From: Malacoraja senta
Taxonomy: Eukaryota
Reading direction: 5' to 3'
Length of the DNA stretch: 64,000 nt
NCBI GenBank assembly: GCA_038087875.1
Contig: CM075995.1
Span: 5,396,001-5,460,000, forward strand
This document shows, piece by piece, positions 24,363 through 35,667 of this stretch (within the stretch, counting starts at the first letter, position 1; each line of letters opens with the position of its first letter). The position numbers and the translations under genes were made by a program. A model generated the notes under the pieces. It saw nothing but the letters and a program-made list of their open reading frames with translations, had not been told where the DNA came from and ran no database searches.

Positions 24363-24632
24363 TAGAGAGGGAGGGTGGTAGAGAGGAAGGGGTGGTAGAG
24401 AGGGAGGGGGGGGGGGGGTAGAGAGGGAGCGGTGGTAGAGAGGGAGGGAGGGTAGAGAGGGATGGGGGGGGCAGAGAGGGAGGAGGAGGAGGGTAGACAG
24501 GTAGAGGGAGGGGGTTGAGAGGGTGGAGGGGTAGCGAGAGAGAGGGGGAGGGGAGTAGAGAGGGAGGGTAGAGGGATGGGGAGGGGGTAGAGAGGGAGAG
24601 GGACAGAGAGGGAGGGGGTAGAGAGAGGGAGG
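24363..24632. repeat. Purine-rich low-complexity (GGTAGAGAGGGA-like) tract inside the Helitron
   Basis: Visible G/A-rich degenerate repeat. Confidence 0.85.
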
Positions 24633-24771
24633 GGCATATCCCTCCTCCATCCCTCCCCATCTCCACACCTCCCCCCACATCTCCCTACAACCACACACCC
24701 CACCCCATCTCCCTCCTCCTCATTTCTCTCATCATCCTCCCCTCACTCCAATTCCCTGCCCCAGGACCTAC

Positions 24772-24844
24772 CCAGGTCGTAGAGCAGCGCCAGGGCCTGG
24801 AACTCGGCCTGGTTCTCGTACTCGGCCCGGCCCTGGCTGTAGGC
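24772..24844 (-). pseudogene. Captured gene fragment resembling a SAC3D1 (SAC3/GANP family) exon end: AYSQGRAEYENQAEFQALALLYDLG, with donor G|gtaggt
   Basis: Resembles the SAC3D1-type motif Y..G.....Q.(E/A)FQ.L.LLY(N/D)LG as recalled. A GT donor falls in phase 1 within the final Gly codon. Confidence 0.6.
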
Positions 24845-25799
24845 TCCAGCCGTCAGCTCGGCTGCCGCCTGGGTTCCAGTGCAGGCCCCGACTTCATCTC
24901 TGGCCTCGTCCCTGACCCCGCACCCAGGCTCGTCCTTGGTTCCAGCGGCGGCTTCTTTCTCGACCCTGGTCCTGTCCCATGCCCCGGGCTCGGCCCTCAC
25001 TCCAGTTCCAGCACCACCCTCCCCACCAGGTGTCGGGCGTCGGGTGCCGGCAGCCGTCGCCACTCCTCGTCCACCGCGAGCGCTGGTGTGCCCCTCCCTC
25101 CTGGAGTGTCCCTTCCTGCCTTGCGAGTGCATTGTGACGTTGAGATTTTTTTCCTGAAGGGTGAGTTTTTGGGCTGTTTTTAAAACCTTAAACGATAAAA
25201 AGTTCGGAAATATAGGTGGGAATGCGATGGGATTGATGTTTATCGCCTCAACGGGGAAAATGTGAGTAGGATGTGTGAAAATGGGAAGGCTGTGGCCTAG
25301 TGTTTGGAAGAAAATAGGAATTAACCAGATTGACACACTCACACATAGACACAAACAAAACAAAGACTTTTATATATATAGAGAGATATATAATATAATA
25401 TATATATATGTATAGATGCATATGTATATATACATGTATATATACATATATGTCCTTCTTAAGAAACTTCACTAAAACAGTGGAACCAAAGACAAATGAT
25501 TGATCTATTTAGGAAATTAGCTGAGTAGCATAGTCAGTAGGAATAATGGATGCATATATAAATTGGTAGTTTCTCACTTATAGTGGCTTGCTAGGTTCTG
25601 TGATGTGACTGGAGCTTTACAACATATTTATGAATGACAAAGAAAGCCACAGAACCAAGTTTGCTACCAACACAACGAATGAATGCCATTTTAAGTATTG
25701 TGTATAATTAAAGGAAATAATGTTATGCGATGGACAAAATAGTGGTAAGTGGGTTACAGTGCAGGCAAATGTGAGATCATCCAATTTATTACTGATAAG

Positions 25800-26410
25800 T
25801 TCATAAGATCATAAGTGATAGGAGCAGAATTAGGTCATTCAGCCTATCAAGTCTATTCCGCCATTCAATCATGGCTGATCTATCTTTCCATCTCAAACCC
25901 CATTCTCCTGCCTTCTCTCTATAACCCCTGACACCCGTACTAATCAAGAATCTGTCAATCTCTGCCTTAAAAATATCCACTGACACACGGCCTCCACAGG
26001 TGTCTGTGGCAATGAATTCCATAGATTCACCACCCTCTGACTAAAGAAGTTCCTCCTCATCTCCTTTCTAAAGGTACGTCCTTTTATTTTGGGGCTATAG
26101 CCTCTGGTCCTAGAATCTCCCACTAGTGGAAACATCCTTCACATTCACTCTATTCAGGCCTTTCACTATTCGGTAAATTTCAATGAGGTGTCCCCTCATC
26201 CTTCTAAACTCCAACGAGTACAGGCCCAGTGCTGTCAAACACTCTTCATATGTTAACCCAATCATTCCTGGGATCATTATTGTAAACCTGCTCTGGCCCC
26301 TCTCCAACGCCAGTGGATTCTTCCTCAAATATGGGGCCCAAGACTGCTCACAATACTGCAAATGCGCTCTGGCTATTGGCTTATAAAGCCTCAGCATTAC
26401 ATCCCCTGTT
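25800..26410 (-). mobile_element. CR1 LINE 3' part
   Basis: MLRLYK...HLQYC, LGLYSLEFRRMRG and NFFSQRVVNLWNSLPQ motifs. Confidence 0.85.
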
Positions 26411-26652
26411 TCCGTGACTCTATGATGAAAAGCACAGAGTAGTCGAATAGTGTCGCTCAGTTTTTTTGGATTGCCAGATTAAAATTACACTCCTCGACAT
26501 AATGCAATTCCGGCATAAATAAATAGGCATAAATAAAGACGATTCCGGCTTTCATTATTAACTATACAGAGAATGGTATCTCCGGACGACACATGCACTG
26601 CAAACCACGAGTCACACAGTACTTTATGCCATGTCTTTGCTGATTCACTTAC

Positions 26653-26761
26653 GCTTATCCTGCAAAGATTCGTATGGCACCTCTCCCCTGTGGGCTCTCC
26701 TCCAGGTCTCCGTAATGTAGGACCTTATGGTTTGGCGAAAGGCGACAGTACCAGAATTTAT
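26653..26761 (-). CDS. ELMO1: ELMO1-like coding exon, 109 nt as assembled (108 needed): [26 protein letters not shown][+1][10 protein letters not shown]
   Basis: Acceptor ctgcag|ATAAA and donor AAGC|gtaagt. Not in the ORF track; translated by hand. One extra base in CAGGGGAGAG shifts the frame. Confidence 0.9.
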
Positions 26762-27589
26762 CTGCAGAAGTTAAAACCTCACGTTATTTGTCTGTAAAAC
26801 CTTTGATGAATCACACTTGTGCAAGATTTCATTTTTGATTTAACCAGGGAAATGGCCCAATATAAAAACAGGAAATGCTGCAAAAGGCTATCCTACACAC
26901 ATTAGGGACAATTTACAATTATACCAAGCCAATTAGCCTACAAACCTGTACGTCTTTGGAGTGTGGGCGAAAGCCAGAGCACCCGGGGAAAACCCACGCA
27001 GGCCATGGGGAGAACGTGCAAACTCCGTACAAACAGCACCCGTAGCCAGGATCGAATCTGGGTCAATGACAGTTTGCTCTGTTTCACTGCAACCTGCCTC
27101 CATTCCTCCACTACCTCTATCATGCATGCCCCTTGTTTGTTGTCTAATTTTGGACAAGAAAACTTTCCCCCACTTATGCACTAAAAACAATTTTTCTGGC
27201 TCTTGCTTATAAACTGTTTCCGAGTAATGTCGTCCCATTCTCCGGGTATTATTTCAAGCTGAACATGTCCGTTCACAGTCTCAGCTTCTTATTTGACTCT
27301 AAGCCGAGCTTCTAACTCCACTACCTCTTCACCATTCATTTGCCTAGTTTTACTTTCAAACAAAACACTTGCCTATCTATCTCCTGTCCTGCTTCAACAT
27401 GTCTACTGGTTGAAATTCTCATTCAGACTTTAGTTACCAGCCTAGTTTGCTGCCTTGCATACTCCATGGACTTCAGCTCATCCAAAAGCTTAATCGGGAC
27501 TTAAGCGGGACATCAACCGCCTCAACTTTTTCACTCCCCTTACTCACTCTCACCTCCCCCCCCCCCCTGAACGTACAGCCCTCCGCTCA

Positions 27590-29632
27590 CTCTGCAGCAA
27601 CCTCGACTGGATAATCAATCCCGCCGACAAGGGAGGTGCCGTGGTAGTCTGGCGCGCTGACCTCTACCGGACTGAAGCCAGGCGACAACTCTCAGACACC
27701 TCCTCAATAGACAATAGGTTCAGGAGTAGGCTATTCGGCCCTTCGAGCCAGCACTGCCATTCAATGTGATCAGAGGCTGATCATCCTACTTGTCCTTGGA
27801 CCATGACCCCACATGAGTACCAGACCTTAATCTCAAACACCATTTCTGATTTAATCACTTCGGGCTCTCTGCCCTCTAAAGCTTCCAACCTTATCGTTCC
27901 CCAGCCCTCCTGCACGGCCCGATTTTATCTTCTCTTGTTTCTGCTTGTTCATATCCCACCTAATTAATTTCCATATACCTCGACTCTGGTCCAATCCCTC
28001 CCTGTCTATGTCCAAGACACCTCACATGCTCTTCGTCTCCTCAATGACTTCCGTTCTCCAGGCCCTCACTCCCTCATCTTTACTATGGATGTCCAGTCAC
28101 TCTACACCTCCATCCCCCACCAGGAGGGTCTTAAAGCCCCTTTCTTCCTCGACCGCAGAACCAGGCAATTTCCGTCTACCAATACTCTCCTCCGCCTGGA
28201 AGAGCTGGTCCTTACCCTCAACAACTTCTCCTTCGACTCCTCCCACTTCCTCCAAATCGAAGGCGTAGCTATGGGCACTCGCATGGGCCCCAGCTGTGCC
28301 TGCCTCTTTGTAGGGTACGTTGAACAATCCCTGTTCCAGGCGTATACTGGCCCTATCCCCGAACTCTACCTCCGCTTCATTGACGACTGCATCGGTGCTA
28401 CCTCCTGCACCCATGCAGAACTCACTGACTTCATCAACTTCACCACTAATTTCCATCCTGCATTCAAATTCACTTGGACCATCTCCGACATCTCCCTACC
28501 CTTTCTAGATCTCACCGTCTCCATCACAGGAAACAGACTATTGACTGACATCTACTACAAAACCTACTGACTCCCATAGCTATCTTGACTACACTTCTTC
28601 TCACCCTGCTTCCTGTGAAGACTCTATCCCCTACTCCCAATTCCTCTGTCTACGCTGCATCTGCGCCCAGGATGAGGTGTTCCATACCAGGACATCGGAG
28701 ATGTCCTCATTCTTTAGGAAACGGGGGTTCCCCTCTTCCATTATAGATGAGGCTCTAACTAGGGTCTCCTCGATATCCCACAGCTCTGCTCTTGCTCCCC
28801 CTCCCCCCATTCGTAACAAGGACAGAGTCCCCCTTGTCCTCACCTTCCACCCCATCAGCCGTCGCATACAGCATATAATCCTCCTACACTTTCGCCACCT
28901 CCAACGGGATCCCACTACTGGCCACATCTTCCCATCTCCACCCCTTTCTGATTTCTGCAGAGACTGTTCCCTCCGAACCTCCCTGGTCAACTCGTCCCTT
29001 CCCACCCAAACCATCCCCTCCCCAGGTACTTTTCCCTGCAACCACAGGAGATGCAAAACCTGTCCCTTTACCACCCCCCTCGACTCCATTCAAGGACCCC
29101 GACAGTCTTTTCCAGGTGAGGCAGAGGTTCACTTGCACATCCTCCAACCTCATCTACTGTATCTGCTGTTCCAGGTGTCAACTGCTCGGCGAGACCAAGC
29201 GCAGGCTCGATGATCGATTTCCTGAACACTCTCTTCAGTCCGCCTTAACCTACCTGATCTCCAGGTGCCTCAGCACTTCAACTCTCCCTCCCATTCCCAA
29301 TCTGACCTTTCTGTCCTGGGCCTCCTCCATTGTCAGGGTGGGCCCCAGTGCAAATTGGAGGAACAGCACCACATATTTCGCTTGGGCAGCTTACACCCCA
29401 GCGGTATGAACATTGACTTCTCTAACTTCAGATAGCCCTTGCTTTCTCTTTCCATCCCCTTCCCTTTCCCAGTTCTCCCGCTAGTCTTATTGTCGCCGAC
29501 TACATTCTATCTTTGTCCCGCCCTCTCCCCTAACATCAGTCTCAAGAAGGGTCTCGACCCAAAACGTCACCTATTGCTTCTCTCCAGAGATGCTGCCTGA
29601 CCCGCTGAGTTACTCCAGCATTTTGTGTCTAC
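27590..29632 (+). mobile_element. Penelope-like element, RT plus GIY-YIG, frameshifted
   Basis: PADKGGAVVVW, MDVQSLYTSIPH, GVAMGTRMGP and LYLRFIDD motifs, the C-terminal GIY-YIG remnant and the shared terminal repeat. Confidence 0.9.
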
Positions 29633-30650
29633 CAAAAGCTTAATGCTGTACTTTAAATCTCCCTCACCAGTTTACCCATTATCTCATTGTTTGCTTCTGG
29701 CCCTGCAAAGCCTCAGTTTTCATGCTCATGTTCAACTCCCTCCGTGGTCAATCGCTCCCTACTTCTGCCACCTCCACCCTTTCCACAATCTTATATTTAT
29801 TCTACACGTGTCCAACTCCACAGCCCCAGGCTGGGTTCTTTCTGAACCCGTTGTTTAAGTTCCACATACAAAGGAAGGAACTGCAGATGCTGGTTTACAC
29901 CCAAGATAGAAACAAAATGCTGGAGTAACTCAGCGGGACAGGCGGCCTCCCTGGAGGGAAGGAATGAGTTATGTTTCGGCTCGAGTCCCTTTGGATGCAA
30001 GACGGGAGGTCTTTCTCAATCGACAAAATCAAAGGATTTGAGATGTTATTAAAGAAAGGCCATGGATGGTGATTGATGGTTCTCCGCATTTCTCTTGAGG
30101 TTGACATGTGATGCTCCACTTGTGACAGAATTAGTGGGCCCTGCATCAACGTCATCAGACAACTAAGGCCCACCAAGACTTGCTTGAAAAAGGTCATCCT
30201 TAAACACCGAGGAAAACCAATTAATTGCCAACCTTTAACAGCTGGCAAGTGAAATTCCTGTCATTTCCAATCTGCTTTCGTGGCGGCAAAAGCTTTTATT
30301 TGGAGCTCGACAGATGCTCAGAGCCCTTGGGAATGGGCGATGTCAGTGTAGCGCTGTTGCAGTAGGTGAGAACACACAAAGTACGCACAGAACTACTGAA
30401 GCACATGCACGTCTGTAGTGTGAGAAGTAAGACTGAGTCCAACATTGCAAATTAAAAATGATTTGAAGTTTTGAAAGAATATTGGAAACAGATGTGCCCA
30501 TCATTGGTTATATGGAAAGATCGCTTTGACTGTCGTAGAGTCATCTCGTACAGAAAAAGCCCTTCAGCCCAAGTCGTTCACGCCAAGCAAAATGCTGCAC
30601 CTAAGTTTGTCCCATTGGCCCACCTTTGGTCCATTTCCCTCTAAACCTTT

Positions 30651-31153
30651 CATAGAAACATAGAAAATAGGTGCAGGAGTAGGCTTGATGATCAGCCATG
30701 ATCAATATGATCATGGCTGATCATCAAACTCAGTATCCTGTACCTGCCTTCTCTCCATACCCCACTGATCCCTTTAGCCACAAGGGCCACATCTAACTCC
30801 CTCCTAAATATAGCCAATGAACTGGCCTCAACTACCTTCTGTGGCAGAGAATTCCAGAGATTCACCACTGTCTGTGTGAAAATGTTTTTCACATCTCGGT
30901 CCTAAAAGATTTCCCCTTTATCCTTAAACTGTGACCCCTTGTCCTGGATTTCCCCAACATCGGGAACAATCTTCCTGCATCTAGCCTGTCCAACCCCTTA
31001 AGAATTTTGTAAGTTTCTATAAGATCCCCCCTCAATCTTCTAAATTCTAGCGAGTACAAGCCGAGTTTATCCAGTCTTTCTTCATATGAAAGTCCTGACA
31101 TCCCAGGAATCAGTCTGGTGAACCTTCTCTGTACTCCCTCCATGGCAAGAATA
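30651..31153 (-). mobile_element. Young CR1 3' fragment inserted in an older CR1 (~30533-31500)
   Basis: ILAMEGVQRRFTRLIPGMSGLSYEERLD. Near-identical to 60026-60540. Confidence 0.88.
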
Positions 31154-31757
31154 GAGGATTTCCTATCCAGGTAACTCCCCAAATGTCTTTTGAATGCTGT
31201 TATAGTACCTGTCTCAACCTCTTCACCTGGCAGCTCATTCATTTACCCACCACTTTCTGTGTGAAAAAGCTACCCCTTAGCTGCCAACAAAATCTTTCCC
31301 CTCTCACCTTGACCTGTCCCCTGGTTCTTGATTTCCCTGGAATAAAAAACTGGCATTCACCCTATCATTCCCCTCGTGATTTTATACACCTCTACAAAAT
31401 CACACCCCTCAGCCTACTGTGCACAAAGGAATGAAGTTCTAGCCTGCCTAACCTCTCCCTATAGCTCAGGCCCGCAAATCCTGGCTACGTCCTCGTAAAT
31501 TTACAAAGGATACAAAGGATACAAAAGACATTTATTATCACATACACCAATTCGTGTAGTGAAATTTGACTTGCCATTGCAGCACACCAATAAAATAAGA
31601 CACAACATTAAAGAATTTAACAATAAACATAAAAACATCCCCCCACAATGGTTCCCACTGTGCGGGAAGTAGCAAAGTCCAGTCCTATCCACTGTTCACC
31701 CATAGTCGGGCCTATTGAGGGTAATTTTTCAAGCAATATCAACGTCTTGTACAACTC

Positions 31758-32283
31758 TGAGGAAGGACATTATAGCCATAGAGGGAGTGCAGAGAAGGTT
31801 CACCAGACTGATTCCTGGGATGTCAGGACTTTCATATGAAGAAAGACTGGATAGACTTGGCTTATACTCGCTAGAATTTAGGAGATTGAGAGGGGATCTT
31901 ATAGAAACGTACAAGATTCTTATGGGGTTGGACAGGCTAGATGCAGGAAGATTGTTCCCGATGTTGGGGAAGTCCAGGACAAGGGGTCACAGCTTAAGGA
32001 TAAGGGGGAAATCCTTTAAGACCGAGATGAGGAAAAACTTTTTCACACAGAGAGTGGTGAATCTCTGGAACTCTCTGCCACAGAGGGTAGTTGAGGCCAG
32101 TTCATTGGCTATATTTAAGAGGGAATTAGATGTGGCCCTTGTGGCTAAAGGGATCAGGGGGTATGGAGAGAAGGCAGGTACGGGATACTGAGTTGGATGA
32201 TCAGCCATGATCGTATTGAATGGCGGTGCAGGCTCGAAGGGCCGAATGGCCTACTCCTGCACCTAATTTCTATGTATCTATGT
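31758..32283 (+). mobile_element. Young CR1 3' fragment
   Basis: Open ORF 31715..32191 encodes the CR1 ORF2 C-terminus. (tttctatg) tail. Confidence 0.9.
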
Positions 32284-32868
32284 AACTCCAACATCTGCAC
32301 TCAATTACCTGACCGATGAAGGCCAGCGTGCCAAAAGCCTTCTTCACGACCCCTATCTACCCGTGAGACCACTTTTAAGGAACGATGTATCACTCTACTC
32401 TACAGCACACCCCAGGGTCATACTATTCAATGTGAAGTTCTTGCTCTGGTCTGACTTCCAAAAATACCACACCTCACACTTATGGTGGTGTATATGATTT
32501 TATAGAGGCGTATAAAATCATGAGAGGAATAGATTGGGTAGATGGACAATCTCTTGCCCAGAGTAGGGGAATCGAGGACCAGAGGACATAGGTTCAAGGT
32601 GAAGGGAAAAGATTTAATAGGAGTCTGAGGGGAAACCTTTTCACACAAAGGGTGGTGGGTGTATGGAACAAGCTGCCAGATGAGGTAGTTGAGGCTGGGA
32701 CTATCCCAACATTTAAGAAACAGTTAAGACAGGCACATGGATAGGACAGGTTTGGAGGGATATAGACTAAGCGCAGGCAGGTGGGACTAGTGTAGCTGGG
32801 ACATGTTGGCCGGTGTGGGCGAGTTGGGCTGAAGGGCCTGTTTCCACACTGTATCACTCTATGACTAT
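32284..32868. mobile_element. CR1 composite (minus fragment plus plus-strand 3' end), homologous to 10014-10597
   Basis: Shares the junction acacctcacacttatggtggtgtatatgattttatagaggcg. Confidence 0.78.
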
Positions 32869-32947
32869 GTGAATTAACCTCCAATTTAAAAAAAAATCCA
32901 CAACGTGAAGCATTCATTAAGGTTCATGCAGGTTTGGTGGTTGATAC

Positions 32948-33060
32948 CTTGTCGCCGGCGATTGCTGATCTTCCTGAAGCAGGTACCTTCGCACAGTCGG
33001 TTCAGCCGTTGCTGTTTCACCAACTCCAGGATTTCAGGCTGAATCTTCTCCCTGAGCTCA
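32948..33060 (-). CDS. ELMO1: ELMO1-like coding exon, 113 nt: (L)[37 protein letters not shown]
   Basis: Acceptor ccacag|TGAG and donor CAAG|gtatc. Continues the frame of the 164-nt exon. Start of the ELMO PH region. Confidence 0.92.
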
Positions 33061-33248
33061 CTGTGGACAGAAAGGCAGACCGTCACCAACACAGAGCTGC
33101 ACAATGGGTGGAATGAAGCAAGGACTGACTGCATGTTGGCTTTGAAAGTATGAATGAATGAATAATAAATTAAAAATAATAAATACAACATTTCATTAGC
33201 CAAGTATGTATACATTCAAGGAATTTGCTCGCTAGGATAAAAACATAG

Positions 33249-34182
33249 GTTGGGTATTAATGGTGGAGTAGCAAGATGGATTCAACAGTGGCTGAATGGG
33301 AGATGCCAGAGAGTAATGGTGGATGGTTGTTTGTCAGGTTGGAGGCCGGTGACTAGTGGGGTGCCACAGCGATCTGTGTTGGGTCCACTGTTGTTTGTCA
33401 TGTACATCAATGATCTGGATGATGGTGTGGAAAATTGGATTAGTAAGTATGCAGATGATACTAAGATAGGTGGGGCTGTGGATAATGAAGTAGATTTTCA
33501 AAGTCTACAGAGAGATTTATGCCGGTTGGAAGAGTGGGCTGAAAGATGGCAGATGGAGTTTAATGCTGATAGGTGTGAGGTGCTACATCTTGGCAGGACA
33601 AATCAAAATAGGACGTACATGGTAAATGGTAGGGAATTGAAGAATGCAGGTGAACAGAGGGATCTTGGAATAACTGTGCACAGTTCCCTGAAAGTGGAAT
33701 TTACCAGAATGTTGCCTGGGTTTCAACAACTAAGTTACAGAGAAAGGTTGAACAAGTTAGGGCTTTATTCTTTGGAGCGCAGAAGGTTAAGGGGGGACTT
33801 GATAGAGGTCTTTAAAATGATGAGAGGGATAGACAGAGTTGACGTGGATAAGCTTTTCCCATTGAGAGTAGGGAAGATTCAAACAAGGGGACATGACTTG
33901 AGAATTAAGGGACAGAAGTTTAGGGGTAACATGAGGGGGAACTTCTTTACTCAGAGAGTGGTGGCTGTGTGGAATGAGCTTCCAGTGAAGGTGGTGGAGG
34001 CAGGTTCGTTTTTATCATTTAAAAATAAATTGGATAGTTATATGGACGGGAAAGGAATGGAGGGTTATGGTCTGAGCGCAGGTATATGGGACTAGGGGAG
34101 AATACATGTTCGGCACGGACTAGAAGGGTCGAGATGGCCTGTTTCCGTGCTGTAATTGTTATATGGTTATTATATGGTTATA
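33249..34182 (+). mobile_element. CR1 LINE, same subfamily as 11998-13439, with an in-frame internal deletion near 33699
   Basis: ORF 33250..34095 reads ...HSSLKVE|FTRMLPG, missing the segment present in the other copy. Confidence 0.9.
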
Positions 34183-35667
34183 CAGAGGCAGGGGGTGGCA
34201 CAGTGGTGCAGCGGTAGAGTTGCTGCCTCACCGCGCCAGAGAACCGGGTGAATCCATGGAATTCATTGCCACTGAAGGCTGTGGGTGCCAAGTGATTGGA
34301 TATTTTCAAGCCGGAGATTCTTGATTAGTACAGGTGTCAGGGGTTATGGGGAGAAGGCGGGAGAATGGGGTTAGGAGAGAGATATAGACCAGCCATGAAT
34401 GAATGGCGGAGCAGACTTAATGGGTCGAATGGCCTAGTTCTGCTCCTATCACATGAGAATCTTAAACCTCTATAAGTTAATTTAAGAGCAAAGGTGGTCT
34501 CTACTGCACTTTACCTGCCTTGTGATGCCCCTGACCTGGGATTAACAATACAGAAACGTCACGCTTAAAACAGAGAAATTATTTTATTTTATCACACTAA
34601 ATTCCCTTGAAGACACAAACACATCTATTTCCCTCCTACACTTTCCAACAGAAGCTAAAAATAAAGTGGAAGAATGCTAAAACCTTGGGAAAGGGTTACA
34701 CTTCTGAATGAATACTGAGTCACACCGCACCTAACTATTCAAACTGCTCATCACACAAAGCCCTTGTTGAGCTTTCTTTTGAGGCCTTATTCAATGGGAC
34801 TCTGTGATAAATATCTGCTTTTCACGCTGACACAGTAATCTGAGAGCTAGACTACATATTAGTGCCTTGCGAGGCAACATGAACCATAACAACTTAATTT
34901 GGTAATAAATTAGGTACTCATTTGAACATATTTGCAAACAAAACCTTAAACAGAAAAAGCTTTCCCCAGGGTGGTAAATCCATTTCAGGCAATGTTTTTG
35001 AATATGTTTTGGAGTGGTTTTGATCTCGCTCTTCATTTATCCCCCTTGTGCCTCCTTGTGATAAAACAGTGCGGTGGAATTTTCACATCCACACAATATG
35101 CAGGTTGGTAATGCAATTGCTACCACCAGCCTGACATGCAGTCCCCACACACGTTGCACATGAAAGCACAATTAACCTACATTTGGTTAGGCTGCATTTG
35201 GAGTGGAGGTCCACCACCGATTTTCTGGCACCCTATGTTCCAGAGTCTTTCTGGACTATCTCTTTTGCCGGGACCACGGTACCAACCGTACCGGAACGGA
35301 CCGCCTAGGCCGACCAGGAGCCGAGAGACCGGCCTGCAAAGTCGACCTTGGAAGTGGGCTATGGGACCGGATCTGCCGGCTTAGGCCAGGCTGGCATACC
35401 AGAGCCCCAGGCCGCAGGGAGAAAATTCGACCCACCAATTCCCGATGAAGTAGAGATCGGCTGCCTCGCCTGGCCTAAGCGTCACATTTCCGGAGTGACT
35501 TCCGGGGTGGATATCAAGTGCACTCTCATAATTCTGTCCGGATTAAAGGAGTTGCCGGAAAATCGGTGGTGGAGCTGTATTGAGTGCAGTTTTGGTCACC
35601 CCATTACAGAAAGGATGTGGAGGCTTTGGAAAATCGTGGTGCAGAGGATGTTAAAACAGAATGGCAG

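Larger units (their letters stand above)
23021..25386 (-). mobile_element. Non-autonomous Helitron, interrupted at its 3' terminus by a hAT element
   Basis: Minus strand starts A|TCTCTCTATATATATAAAAGTC and ends CACTTGGTCTAG|T within TA-rich microsatellite, with no TSD. This matches the canonical 5'-TC / CTAG-3' and A|T insertion. The subterminal hairpin is not clearly preserved. Confidence 0.7.

Noticed and set aside
24342..24703. Pro/Ser/Leu-rich ORFs
   Set aside because: Artefacts of a low-complexity purine tract.
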